Source: a virus
Taxonomy: Duplodnaviria; Caudoviricetes
Virus record (IMG/VR): IMGVR_UViG_3300043432_000040
Location: 1 to 30,399 of that record
Strand: one strand, 5' to 3'
Length of the DNA: 30,399 nt
Below are positions 16,762 to 26,226 of this stretch, in pieces. The position numbers were made by a program, and so were the translations under genes. How positions within the stretch are numbered: position 1 is the first letter of the stretch; each line of letters starts with the position of its first letter. The notes under the pieces were generated by a model that did not search any database, was not told where the DNA came from, and worked only from the letters and a program-made list of their open reading frames with translations.

Positions 16762-17775
16762 ATGGCTACTATCGGAACATTAAAAACCCTTGCCGACTGG
16801 GGGAAAGAGGTTGATCCCAATGGGTCAGTCTCGGCAGTCGCGGAGCTGTTGAGTCAAACCAACAGCATTGTCGATACCTTGCTCTTCAAAGAGGGAAACC
16901 TTCCAACAGGTGAGCAGGTATCTGTGCGCACAGGATTACCGACAACCTACTGGCGGCAACTTAACGTTGGTGTGCCGGTAAGCAAAGCAACCTCCGCTCA
17001 AGTAACCGAGCAGTGCGGAATGGCGACGGCTCGATCTGAAGTTGACGCCGCGCTAGTCCGACTGAACGGAAATACAGCTCAGTACCGACTCAATGAAAGC
17101 CGGGCTTTTATCGAGTCGATGGGGCAAGAAGTTGCGTCAACCATGTTTTACGGTTCGGCTGCAAACCCTGAAGAGTTTATCGGTTTAGCGAATCGATATG
17201 CCGCAACCACTGACGGCAACGGCGAAAATATCCTGCTGGCCGGGGGGGTTGGTAGTGACAACACGTCTGTGTGGTTGCTTGGTATGGGCGATAACGAGAT
17301 CTACGGCATTTTCCCTAAAGGGTCAAAAGCGGGGCTAATGCACGAGGATCTTGGTGTTGGTGATGCGTTCGACAGCTCCAACAATCGCTTTCGCGCCTAT
17401 ATGGATTACTACGAGTGGAAAGTTGGGCTCGTAGTAAAAGACTGGCGCTACGGGGTGCGGATTGCGAATATTGACGTTTCGGATTTAGCGGGGCTGAGTG
17501 GAACGCAAGAGTTAACCGACTCTACATTTCTTCCAAAGCTAATGTCTCGCGCAATCGATCGCATTCCAAACCTGTCGGCGGTTAACCCATGCTTCTGCAT
17601 GAACCGTACCGCAGCTTCACTGCTTCGAGTTGCAGCCTTGGAGAAAACGACGAGCGCAATTTCAATCGAGCCCGGATTAAACCAGTTCGGAAAAACCATT
17701 CATCAACTGAAATTCCTTGGGATTCCGGTAATGATCAACGACGCAATCACCAATGCTGAAGCGCTGGTAGCGTAA
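16762..17775 (+). CDS. Major capsid protein (BPP-1 Bbp17-like)
   Basis: TLADW.K..DP.G, EGNLPTG, RTGLPT.YWR.LN.GV and VKDWRY.VRIANID. Confidence 0.9.
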   Translation: MATIGTLKTLADWGKEVDPNGSVSAVAELLSQTNSIVDTLLFKEGNLPTGEQVSVRTGLPTTYWRQLNVGVPVSKATSAQVTEQCGMATARSEVDAALVRLNGNTAQYRLNESRAFIESMGQEVASTMFYGSAANPEEFIGLANRYAATTDGNGENILLAGGVGSDNTSVWLLGMGDNEIYGIFPKGSKAGLMHEDLGVGDAFDSSNNRFRAYMDYYEWKVGLVVKDWRYGVRIANIDVSDLAGLSGTQELTDSTFLPKLMSRAIDRIPNLSAVNPCFCMNRTAASLLRVAALEKTTSAISIEPGLNQFGKTIHQLKFLGIPVMINDAITNAEALVA

Positions 17776-17785
17776 GGAGAAATAT

Positions 17786-18262
17786 ATGTACGTAGATGCA
17801 AACTTGTTGTTTTCCGATGCGCAGGCAGTTACCGCTGACGCAGTTGGAACCAATGTTATCGACCTTTCCGCTGATCGTAGTATCGGTGACGGGGAGCCGA
17901 TGGGCGTTGTGTTTGTGGTGGATGTTGCCGCAGACCAAACGACCGGTGACGAGGATTACACTTTTGACGTGGAGTATGCGAGCAATGCAGCGCAAACAAC
18001 TGGCCGACAATTAATTGGTCGGCGAGTGTTTGAGTCTGGCACTCCAACAGCTCCTGCTCAAGATGCGGATCTTTTGGTCGCCGGGTTTCAGTTTGTCATT
18101 CCGATCCCGCAGACGGCTCTCAGCGAAAGCGAGCGCTATCTCGGGATTCGGTACGACGTAGCCGGAACAACCCCAACGATCACCTGCACCGCTTATCTTG
18201 CTCCGCTGAGCATGATTCAAAGCAATCCGAAGGCATACGCTAACGGCTACACGATCGTATAA
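17786..18262 (+). CDS. Capsid cement protein (Bbp16 family)
   Basis: MYVDANLLFSDAQAVTA..TNVIDL and ERYLGIRY. Directly after the capsid gene. Confidence 0.85.
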   Translation: MYVDANLLFSDAQAVTADAVGTNVIDLSADRSIGDGEPMGVVFVVDVAADQTTGDEDYTFDVEYASNAAQTTGRQLIGRRVFESGTPTAPAQDADLLVAGFQFVIPIPQTALSESERYLGIRYDVAGTTPTITCTAYLAPLSMIQSNPKAYANGYTIV

Positions 18263-18272
18263 GGGGTGACGC

Positions 18273-18452
18273 ATGAAAGTTAAAGCTGTAATCAGCGAGG
18301 GAAAATTCGGGTTCTACGGCGGGAAGCGTCGTTATCGTGGCGACGTTTTCGAAATATCTGATTCAAAACATTTTAGTAAAAAATGGATGGAGCAGGTAGA
18401 GCCGAAAGAACCGAAAACCAGCAACGAACAAACAGCGAGAGGGGGCCGTTAA
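18273..18452 (+). CDS. Small head-region protein (MKVKAVISEGKFGFYGGKRRYRGDVFEI...)
   Basis: GGGGT RBS. GFY...R..GDVFE..WME pattern is typical after podovirus capsid genes. Confidence 0.7.
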   Translation: MKVKAVISEGKFGFYGGKRRYRGDVFEISDSKHFSKKWMEQVEPKEPKTSNEQTARGGR

Positions 18453-18462
18453 GGCCCCTTTT
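18441..18462 (+). terminator. Terminator after capsid module
   Basis: GGGGCC-GTTAA-GGCCCC-TTTT. Confidence 0.7.
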
Positions 18463-18467
18463 AAATT

Positions 18468-19085
18468 ATGACGACACTCACAAGTTACGCAGAGCTAAAA
18501 CAGAATATTCAGGATTACGCGAAGCGTAACGATGTGCTTGGGAAGCTGGATTTATTCATAGATCTGGCTGAACGAGATATTTGGGACGTGGTTCGTATTC
18601 GTGATATGGAGGTGCGGGCAACCGCATCGACATCAACGTCAGATAGGTTTGTGCAGCTGCCGACAGGTTTTATTCAAATGAGGCAGTTACAAATAACCGT
18701 TGATGGCGTGTTATATGATATGGACGAAAGCACGCCGAAATCATTGCAGGTGCTTGATACAGCCGGATGTCCAAATCAATACGTAGTAACCAGCCAACTC
18801 GAACTGAATAGAACCTCGGACCAGGCCTACACGCTTGAGATGGACTACTGGAAAGAGTTAACCGCATTATCAGGAAGCAATACGACAAACGCGGTATTAA
18901 CGCAGCACCCGATGATTTATTTGTCGCGATGCATGTTTCATTTTTGCAACTGGGCATTGCAAGAAGAGAAAGCGCTTTATTGGGATGGTGTTTTCAATAA
19001 GCAGGTTGCCAGAGCGAACCGCAAAGCTCGGCAGGGGCGTTACGGCGCTGCACCAGCTGCTGTAACTCAAGGGTGGGTGGTGTGA
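18468..19085 (+). CDS. Head-tail adaptor protein
   Basis: TSYAELK..I.DY..R.D..FIDLAE and TTN..LT.HP.IYL pattern, plus gene position. Confidence 0.75.
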   Translation: MTTLTSYAELKQNIQDYAKRNDVLGKLDLFIDLAERDIWDVVRIRDMEVRATASTSTSDRFVQLPTGFIQMRQLQITVDGVLYDMDESTPKSLQVLDTAGCPNQYVVTSQLELNRTSDQAYTLEMDYWKELTALSGSNTTNAVLTQHPMIYLSRCMFHFCNWALQEEKALYWDGVFNKQVARANRKARQGRYGAAPAAVTQGWVV

Positions 19086-20488
19086 TCGAAGTTCCATTCA
19101 AGTTCACAGGCCAGAGCGGCAGCCACAAGGCAACGCAGTTCAGCTCTGAAAAAACTCAGAACATGTATTTGGATTTTTCTGAGTCGGCAGCCAGGCAGGG
19201 CGCGCATGATTTTCCGGGGCTCAAGGCATGGGGAGCCGGCATCGGGGCCGATCGCGGCTGGCACAAAATGGCGAACGCGCTTTATGTTGTGCAGGGATCG
19301 GCACTCTACAGTGTTAGCTCAGTCGGAGCATTTACCAGTTTAGGGTCTGTAATTGGTAGTGATAGGGCCATTTTCGCCGATGACGGCACCAATCTGTATT
19401 TTGTAGCCAATGGTAGCCTGTACAAATACAACGGCACCACGCTCGCTACAGTGAGCCAGAGCGTTATAACAAGCCCCTCTTGGATCGCCTACATTAACAA
19501 ACAATTTATTATTGGCGGAGATGGGCAAACATACGCTGTTTCAAACGTTGGCGATGGCGACACATGGAGCGCGCTCAATGCGCAGGATGCCGAAATTTCA
19601 CCAGATGATTTGATTCGAGGCTACGTATTCACTCAGTTGGTCTACATGCTGGGATCAGAATCAATCGAGCCGCACTACAACAGCGGAATAGGCAACCCGC
19701 CTTTTGACCGGCAAGAAACATCGCTTGTGAATGTTGGCGTTGCTGGAAAATACGCAGTCACGCACACAGACGCATTCATGTATTTTCTGGGGGATGACAG
19801 AAAATTCTACCAGGTGATCGGTGCGAGCAGCAGGCAGATATCGAGCGCGAACATCTCGAATGGAGTAGATGATTTTTCAGTTTATTCGGACTGCATCGCC
19901 TCAGCGTTTACAGTTCAGAGTCAGAACTTTGTATTGTTCGTTTTTCCAAACGCTGAAAAAACCTATTTATACAGTGAAACCTATAATTATTGGGTAGATC
20001 TCGCATCTGGGACAGATCTACCGAGCGGGCGATGGATCGGAAACAGCGTTATTAGCTGCTACAACAAAAACTTGGTTGTGGATTACAGTAGCGGCAATAT
20101 CTACGAGCTGGATAAAAACACATACACGGATAACTCAGCGGCAAGACTAAGGATAAGGGAGCTTCCATCGTTTACCGGCGCGCTAATCGGCAAGCCAGGC
20201 AAGCGAATAACTGTTGGCCGGGTAAAATTCAGTATGGAAGTTGGCGTAGGGTTGGCGACTGGGCAAGGATCAAATCCGGTAATCATGTGTCAACTCTCCC
20301 CAGATGGCGGCGTTACGTGGCAGGCTGAGCAACAGGTATCGATTGGGGTGGCTGGCGAATATATTCAAACGGTGAGCTTCGATGATTTTTGCACTGGGTA
20401 TGATGTTAAGTGCAGGCTGCTGTTCACTGATCCAGTTTTGTTATCGGTATTCGATGGGGTGGTCGAAATGGACGGCGCTGGCTACTGA
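19082..20488 (+). CDS. Tail hub / packaged DNA stabilisation protein (P22 gp10-like)
   Basis: Beta-propeller-like, with FPGLK, AEISPD and MEVGVG..GQGSNP...S.DGG.TW. GTG start at the GTGA overlap. Confidence 0.8.
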   Translation: MIEVPFKFTGQSGSHKATQFSSEKTQNMYLDFSESAARQGAHDFPGLKAWGAGIGADRGWHKMANALYVVQGSALYSVSSVGAFTSLGSVIGSDRAIFADDGTNLYFVANGSLYKYNGTTLATVSQSVITSPSWIAYINKQFIIGGDGQTYAVSNVGDGDTWSALNAQDAEISPDDLIRGYVFTQLVYMLGSESIEPHYNSGIGNPPFDRQETSLVNVGVAGKYAVTHTDAFMYFLGDDRKFYQVIGASSRQISSANISNGVDDFSVYSDCIASAFTVQSQNFVLFVFPNAEKTYLYSETYNYWVDLASGTDLPSGRWIGNSVISCYNKNLVVDYSSGNIYELDKNTYTDNSAARLRIRELPSFTGALIGKPGKRITVGRVKFSMEVGVGLATGQGSNPVIMCQLSPDGGVTWQAEQQVSIGVAGEYIQTVSFDDFCTGYDVKCRLLFTDPVLLSVFDGVVEMDGAGY

Positions 20489-21261
20489 TGAGCATCAAAA
20501 ATGTAGATCGAGCGCCATTTAACAGGATTCCAGAAAAGTGGGCGTTCGATCCAGATTTTGGCCCATTTATTCGCGATATTGTTTCGCAGATCTGGCAGCT
20601 ACGGAACCGCACCGGAGGGGATTCTGATAGCGTTGGAGAGCTCGAAAACGGGGAGCTATTCACAAACAACGTCCAAGGCGACGAATTATCAGATCGGATC
20701 GATACGCTAGACGTTGGTGGGGAGTCAAACTTATTAGAAATAATGGATCGAATTGAATCGATTGAATCGGAATCACAGATACCATTCTACGATTTAACTG
20801 AAAAGCCGTTAAGCACAACAGATAATACCTTGGTCAGATTTGATGGAACTGACGCGGCACTGAAAGCAAGCGGGATTAGCGTTGACGATTCGAACAATAT
20901 CTCAGGGTATGGAAATTTTACAGATAACGCTACGTTCACAGGCAACTTAACCGTTAAAAAGCGGATACTGGGAACGAAAGGCGCTGACGTTACCTCTGCC
21001 AACGATATTACTCTTGGCGATGGAAATTATTTCGACGTTACCGGAACAACCCAAATCAACACAATAGCCTCAACCAGCTGGACCGAAGGGTCGATTGTCA
21101 CGCTCCAATTCGACGGGGTTGTCACAGTAAAACATCTCACCGCAGGCGCGGGCGCGCAGCTAGATCTCAACGGGGCGGCTGATTTTGTAACGGCAGCTGG
21201 CAATCACTTAATGCTGCAATACGCCTCTTCAAAGTGGTGGGAAATTTCGAGGAAAGTCTAA
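20488..21261 (+). CDS. Tail needle/fibre-like protein with C-terminal knob
   Basis: Occupies the gp26 position. LRNRTGG N-terminal motif, coiled segment, and a beta C-terminal domain ending WWEISR. Confidence 0.65.
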   Translation: MSIKNVDRAPFNRIPEKWAFDPDFGPFIRDIVSQIWQLRNRTGGDSDSVGELENGELFTNNVQGDELSDRIDTLDVGGESNLLEIMDRIESIESESQIPFYDLTEKPLSTTDNTLVRFDGTDAALKASGISVDDSNNISGYGNFTDNATFTGNLTVKKRILGTKGADVTSANDITLGDGNYFDVTGTTQINTIASTSWTEGSIVTLQFDGVVTVKHLTAGAGAQLDLNGAADFVTAAGNHLMLQYASSKWWEISRKV

Positions 21262-21599
21262 TGGCAAGAACACCAGCAACATTCGCAATACAAAAACAGC
21301 TTTCATCAACCGCTTCCGATGTTGTTGCGGCAGCGGTAGCGAACACTCAGCGGCATGTTACCAGCATGTCGTTTCATAATTCTGGTGGATCAACTCGCAC
21401 CGTGACTGTTTACAAGGTGCCGTCAGCAGGCACTGCGGGAACGACAAATATTCTAGCGGTGCAGGCGATTCCCTCAGGGAAAACGTGGATCTGTTACCCG
21501 GCGATAAATGAGATTCTAGAAGTAGGGCAATTCATTCAAGCAAAGCAGGATGCCGGAACCGACATTAACGCGAATAGTAGCGGATCCATTATTACGTGA
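21261..21599 (+). CDS. Small beta-sandwich virion protein
   Basis: TAATG-coupled start at 21261. Contains VTVYKVPSAGTAGTTN. Confidence 0.7.
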   Translation: MARTPATFAIQKQLSSTASDVVAAAVANTQRHVTSMSFHNSGGSTRTVTVYKVPSAGTAGTTNILAVQAIPSGKTWICYPAINEILEVGQFIQAKQDAGTDINANSSGSIIT

Positions 21600-21979
21600 T
21601 AGATAGAACATTCGATGACGCGCTGATCAACTCGATCATCGGAAACGATCCAGAATTTTGCATTATTCGAAACGCGAAAGAATTGCCGCAATTATATTTC
21701 ATGCACGCACCAGGCGTAGGCATGTTTCCGTCAGTGTTTAGCGGCGGCGAGATGGACATGCACGCATGCATTTATAAAGAGTCGCGTGGCAAAAAGGCTG
21801 TTATTGCAGCCAGCGAGTGCTTCGAGTGGGTTTTCAAAAACACGAACGCGAGAAAAATCACGACGAAAGTCAGAAAAGAAAACAAAAGCGCAAGAATGTT
21901 TGCGGCGCATTTAATGGAACGAGTTGGTGAATGTGATAATTGGGTTTATTACGAGGTGCCAAGATGGGCGGATTTGTAG
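21596..21979 (+). CDS. GNAT-fold / P22 gp14-like protein
   Basis: H.CI..ESRGK.A..FEWVF.NT.ARKI motif. Lies before the ejection genes. Confidence 0.7.
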   Translation: MIDRTFDDALINSIIGNDPEFCIIRNAKELPQLYFMHAPGVGMFPSVFSGGEMDMHACIYKESRGKKAVIAASECFEWVFKNTNARKITTKVRKENKSARMFAAHLMERVGECDNWVYYEVPRWADL

Positions 21980-22827
21980 GTAAAGTAACTGACACACTTG
22001 GTTTGACGAATTACGGTGATCAAAAAGACGCGGTTACGCAGGCTGCAAATCAGCAGTTAGCTGCTACCGATAAACAGATTGGCTTTTTGAAAGATCAAAG
22101 CCAGATCGCCCGCGACCAAATGCAGCCTTACCAGGATTTCGGACAAGGGTTTTTGCCGCAAGCTGCAAAGCTGCTCACCCCGCAGGGTGGAATGGATTAC
22201 TTGCAAAATAATCCAATGTTTAGCGCTGCAATCGACAACACGAATCAAACGCTCCTCAAGTCTGGAGCGGCAAGCGGGAAGGTTGGCTCCGGTGGCATGG
22301 TTGACGCACTTTTCAAAAACTACTTATCAACCGGAGAATCGTTTATAAACAACCAGTTTAATAGGTTGTTTCAACCGATCACGATGGGGCAAAACTCAGC
22401 AGCGGGCATCGGCGCGAATGCGATGAATCTTGGAAATAATGTGGCCGGAGTGCTCGGGAATCAGGGCGACATTATGGCCGGGAACACGATGGCGCGAAAC
22501 AATATAAACAACCAGGCGGTTTCTCAGTTCGGTCAGATGGTGTTCGGGAGCTTGCTCGGGTCTGGCATGCTTGGCGGCGGCGGGATAGCTGGAGGCGGAA
22601 TGTCTGGCGCAGGACTCGGCGCGCTGAGGTTTAGCGATGCCAGGCTGAAAGAGGCTGCCGAGCGGATTGGTGAAACAGACGAAGGTATTCCGATTTACAA
22701 ATGGCGCTACAAGGGCGATCCGCAAATGCACGTTGGCCCAATGGCGCAGGATGTTGAAAGAGTGAAGCCTGAGGCTGTATTAACGCACAGTAGCGGCTAC
22801 AAACTGCTGAACCTGGAGGCGCTCTAA
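21964..22827 (+). CDS. DNA ejection protein (P22 gp7-like) with C-terminal peptidase-S74-like domain
   Basis: Q/N/G-rich body (QPYQDFGQ, GQNSAAG), then FSDARLK..IYKWRY..GPMAQDVE. Confidence 0.75.
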   Translation: MGGFVGKVTDTLGLTNYGDQKDAVTQAANQQLAATDKQIGFLKDQSQIARDQMQPYQDFGQGFLPQAAKLLTPQGGMDYLQNNPMFSAAIDNTNQTLLKSGAASGKVGSGGMVDALFKNYLSTGESFINNQFNRLFQPITMGQNSAAGIGANAMNLGNNVAGVLGNQGDIMAGNTMARNNINNQAVSQFGQMVFGSLLGSGMLGGGGIAGGGMSGAGLGALRFSDARLKEAAERIGETDEGIPIYKWRYKGDPQMHVGPMAQDVERVKPEAVLTHSSGYKLLNLEAL

Positions 22828-22828
22828 T

Positions 22829-24154
22829 ATGCCAGATCCGAATATTCTATTCAAAAACATTCCATCTGCCGCGCCGCAAGAAAGCTTTCAAAACGCGCTT
22901 GTGAATTACGACAATTTCAAAACAATGCCGATAAAGCACCAGCTTTTAGAGCAGCGCGCAGCAGCAGGTGATGTTGAAAACCAGCGCGACAAGCTCAAGT
23001 TTCAGCTATTTGATATGGCGAATGATGCTATGCAGTTAAAGCCTATTTTGGAGAGCGGAAACATCCCAGCAGCAATGCAGGCGCTAGACCGCAGGGTGGC
23101 AAAAATACGCGAAAGGGGGGGCGATCCGAGCGACACCCTTGGGTTGATGCAACAGCTGCAGGATGGCGATTTAAAGGGTGCCATGTCGCAGCTTGAGGCG
23201 CCGATCAGCGCCGCCCAGCAACTGGGCATTATCACCGACATGATGCCAGCAGGAATGCGGGAGTTTAACCTAAAAACGCAAGGCATGACGCCGGAGCAAA
23301 GAAAGCAAGCTCTGCTTATTGATACGGGGCTTGCACCACGAGCAAGCGTAATCAAGGTGGTTGATGTCGGCGGCGTGCCGACTATTGTCGACTCGAACGC
23401 TAATACAGCCACACCGCTAAATATCGGCGGGAGGGCCGTGTCGGTTGGTGATGTGGCCGGGAATCGCGCGAAGATTGCGGCAGCGGAAAGCGGTGCAAGT
23501 GAAGGCGCGAAGTTGGATCAGCAGGCGGTTAAGGCGCCAGGGATTGCGGGTGATGTTGCGGCTGCGGAATCGGAAGCAAAAAAATCAACCGAGCTTAAAT
23601 ATGGGCCGCAGATCGCCAGTGCAATCAGGTTAGCCGAGGAGAATGCGAAGGCAAAAGGCGAGACGCTTACCGATCTTGCAAGAGCTGAGGCGGCCATGCC
23701 AAGCCTTAACGCTGCCGTGTCGCAACTGAAAGAACTCGCGCCGATCGCCACGAGCACGATCGGTGGGAAAATATGGGATGTAGCGGTAAAAGAAAGCGGA
23801 TTCGGAGCAACGGAGGGATTAAAGGCCAAAGCCGGGTTCATATCAATTGTAGATAATCAGGTTTTACCGCTTCTCAGGCAGACATTTGGCGCGGCATTTA
23901 CCGCGAAAGAAGGTAAAACGCTTCGGAATGCAATGGCTAATCCTGACGCATCCCCAGAAGAAAAAATGGTGCAGCTCGATTCGTTCATCGCCCAAAAGCG
24001 CCGAGATATTGAATCGAAAAAAGCCGAGCTGAAAAGCTATGGCGGGGCAGGGCAGCAAGAGAATTCTGGGAAGCAAGGCGGCAAGCTGATGATCGACGCC
24101 AACGGCAATAAAGCAATGGTTTATCCAGATGGGTCATACCAAGAGGTGAAATAA
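22829..24154 (+). CDS. DNA ejection protein (gp20-like)
   Basis: A/Q-rich helical 441-aa protein in the second ejection-gene position. Confidence 0.7.
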   Translation: MPDPNILFKNIPSAAPQESFQNALVNYDNFKTMPIKHQLLEQRAAAGDVENQRDKLKFQLFDMANDAMQLKPILESGNIPAAMQALDRRVAKIRERGGDPSDTLGLMQQLQDGDLKGAMSQLEAPISAAQQLGIITDMMPAGMREFNLKTQGMTPEQRKQALLIDTGLAPRASVIKVVDVGGVPTIVDSNANTATPLNIGGRAVSVGDVAGNRAKIAAAESGASEGAKLDQQAVKAPGIAGDVAAAESEAKKSTELKYGPQIASAIRLAEENAKAKGETLTDLARAEAAMPSLNAAVSQLKELAPIATSTIGGKIWDVAVKESGFGATEGLKAKAGFISIVDNQVLPLLRQTFGAAFTAKEGKTLRNAMANPDASPEEKMVQLDSFIAQKRRDIESKKAELKSYGGAGQQENSGKQGGKLMIDANGNKAMVYPDGSYQEVK

Positions 24155-26226
24155 TGGCGTTCGATATCTCGACGGCAAATCCTGTTGCTCAGGATTCCGG
24201 TAGTGTGACCACGCAAGATATTAAAACCGGTTTCGACATATCAACAGCAAAACCATTTGATTTGGAAAAATTCAGCGCTGTCGATTTCGGTGAGCCGGGA
24301 TATGTGCCGCAACACCCACAAAATAAATCAAATCAAAACCCGCTGACGTTGGCAACCGAGGCGGCGGCAGGTTTCAACCGCGCTCTATTTGGGATTGTCG
24401 ATTTTATTGGGCCAGACACCGTTAATGCGATCTCCGAAATAGTTGGCAGCAAGATGCGAATGCCAACAATGCAAAAAACATTCGGGGCAGAAAAAGGACA
24501 GTACGCCGGGGATGGGCTCGGCACTGACATTGCGTCAACCGCTGGAGAGTTCGCCGGGGCCAATATGGTTGGCGGGGCATTGTTGCGTAGCGCTGCCGGA
24601 GCATTACCGGCATTTTCTCAAGCTGAAAGCCCCGTTATCGGATCAATCCGGCAGCTCGGACAAACGAAAATGCCAACTGATCTCGCTGTTGGGGCGGCAT
24701 CCGGCGCAGGGGCAGCAGGCGGGCGAGAGGTGGGAGGCGAGCCAGGGGCAGCGGTCGGCGCGCTAGCCGCTCCGCTCGCATCAGTTGCGGCATTTGGTGG
24801 GGCAAAAAGCCTAATTGAAGCTCTATCGCCAAAATTCGGTAAGAACATCACGCTAATCGACCAGAAAACCGGTTTACCGGTTCCAGCATTTCAAAAAGCG
24901 CTCGAAAGTCGAGGGCTGGATTACGGCTCAATAATTGATGGCGTGTCAAACCTCCCGGTCGTATCAACCAAGAGGTCATTGCCGGAAATTGTCGACAGTA
25001 TCGTTACAAAAAAAATCAAATCGGGGTCGGGCGATCAGGGGCTGGCTGCTCTCAGGTTGGAGCAAGGCCGCGTTGTTGCTGACGATCTCGGCGCAGAAGC
25101 GGTAAAACAGGGATTCAAACCTGGGCAGGTTGCTGTTGCAAAAAATGCAGATAACGCAACCAAGGCTGAAATGCTCAAAATGCTGAATATACGCAGACAA
25201 ATTGCCGCTGACGATACGGCTGCCTTATCGATGCGCCCATCTGACATAGCTGGCGATCACGTTTTGAATCGGTTTAACTTTATTCGTGATAAGGCAAATG
25301 GGCTGCGGCTGCAACTGGACGCAATCGCAAAAGGAAGCGCTCCATCAATTGGCGAAAGATATCTACCGGGGCCGGGTATTGGGCGCGGATTAAAGGGCGC
25401 CGAAATTGATACATCGAACATTGAAAATACTGTTTTGCAAGGGCTTGGAAAGCTGAATATTAATATTCCAGATGAAGTATTTGCGGACACAACAAAGCTT
25501 CAGTCGTTCCTGCGTAACCCGGAATCATTTGTTGGCTCGCAAATATCAAAAGATAAAACTTCGCAAAAAGTAATAAAGGATACCATCGATTTATTATCTG
25601 AGCCGGGTAGCGACGCACTTCGAGCGCACAACCTAAAGCGCCAGCTTGACGCGATGATTGATTTCAGAAAGCAGTCACAAGGGGGGTTGACTGAGGCGGG
25701 CAGGACGTTTGCGAAAACAGTACGTCACGCGCTGAACGAATCGATTAGAGAAATATCTCCCGCTTACGCTAGAGTAAACGATGATTTAAGTCTTGCGCTA
25801 AAAACCATGGAATCATTTCAAAATTCGATATCATCTAAGATTGATTTATTCTCTGATACCTCAAGCGGAGCGGTTGGCCAAGAACTTCGAAAGCTTTTAA
25901 GCAACTACGCCTCACGCCAAACATTGCGCGATTCGTTATCGCAAATCGATTCTACCACGAAGGCGTTAGGCGGCCACTTCGAAGTTGACGCTCCAAGGCT
26001 AGTTCAGTTCGCTAGCACGCTCGACGAAAGATTCCCAGCAGTAGCGCGCAACTCTATGCAGGGCGTACTCGAAAAAGGAATCAACAACGCAAACTCGCCG
26101 CAAGATATTCATAAAAGTTTCATTCGTGAAGGATTCAAAAAAGGCGTCGAGAAAGCGCAAGGCGTAAACGACACAAACGCATATAACGCAATGACGAAAA
26201 TATTACGCAGAAAGGAGAGTCGATAA
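24154..26226 (+). CDS. Large DNA ejection protein (gp16-like)
   Basis: 690 aa with duplicated FDISTA.P N-terminal motif and a G/A-rich segment. Precedes the tailspike. Confidence 0.7.
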   Translation: MAFDISTANPVAQDSGSVTTQDIKTGFDISTAKPFDLEKFSAVDFGEPGYVPQHPQNKSNQNPLTLATEAAAGFNRALFGIVDFIGPDTVNAISEIVGSKMRMPTMQKTFGAEKGQYAGDGLGTDIASTAGEFAGANMVGGALLRSAAGALPAFSQAESPVIGSIRQLGQTKMPTDLAVGAASGAGAAGGREVGGEPGAAVGALAAPLASVAAFGGAKSLIEALSPKFGKNITLIDQKTGLPVPAFQKALESRGLDYGSIIDGVSNLPVVSTKRSLPEIVDSIVTKKIKSGSGDQGLAALRLEQGRVVADDLGAEAVKQGFKPGQVAVAKNADNATKAEMLKMLNIRRQIAADDTAALSMRPSDIAGDHVLNRFNFIRDKANGLRLQLDAIAKGSAPSIGERYLPGPGIGRGLKGAEIDTSNIENTVLQGLGKLNINIPDEVFADTTKLQSFLRNPESFVGSQISKDKTSQKVIKDTIDLLSEPGSDALRAHNLKRQLDAMIDFRKQSQGGLTEAGRTFAKTVRHALNESIREISPAYARVNDDLSLALKTMESFQNSISSKIDLFSDTSSGAVGQELRKLLSNYASRQTLRDSLSQIDSTTKALGGHFEVDAPRLVQFASTLDERFPAVARNSMQGVLEKGINNANSPQDIHKSFIREGFKKGVEKAQGVNDTNAYNAMTKILRRKESR

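Noticed and set aside
259-25490. Numerous short minus-strand ORFs in the ORF track
   Set aside because: They are mostly antisense to well-supported, tightly coupled plus-strand genes and have no motifs or RBS support.
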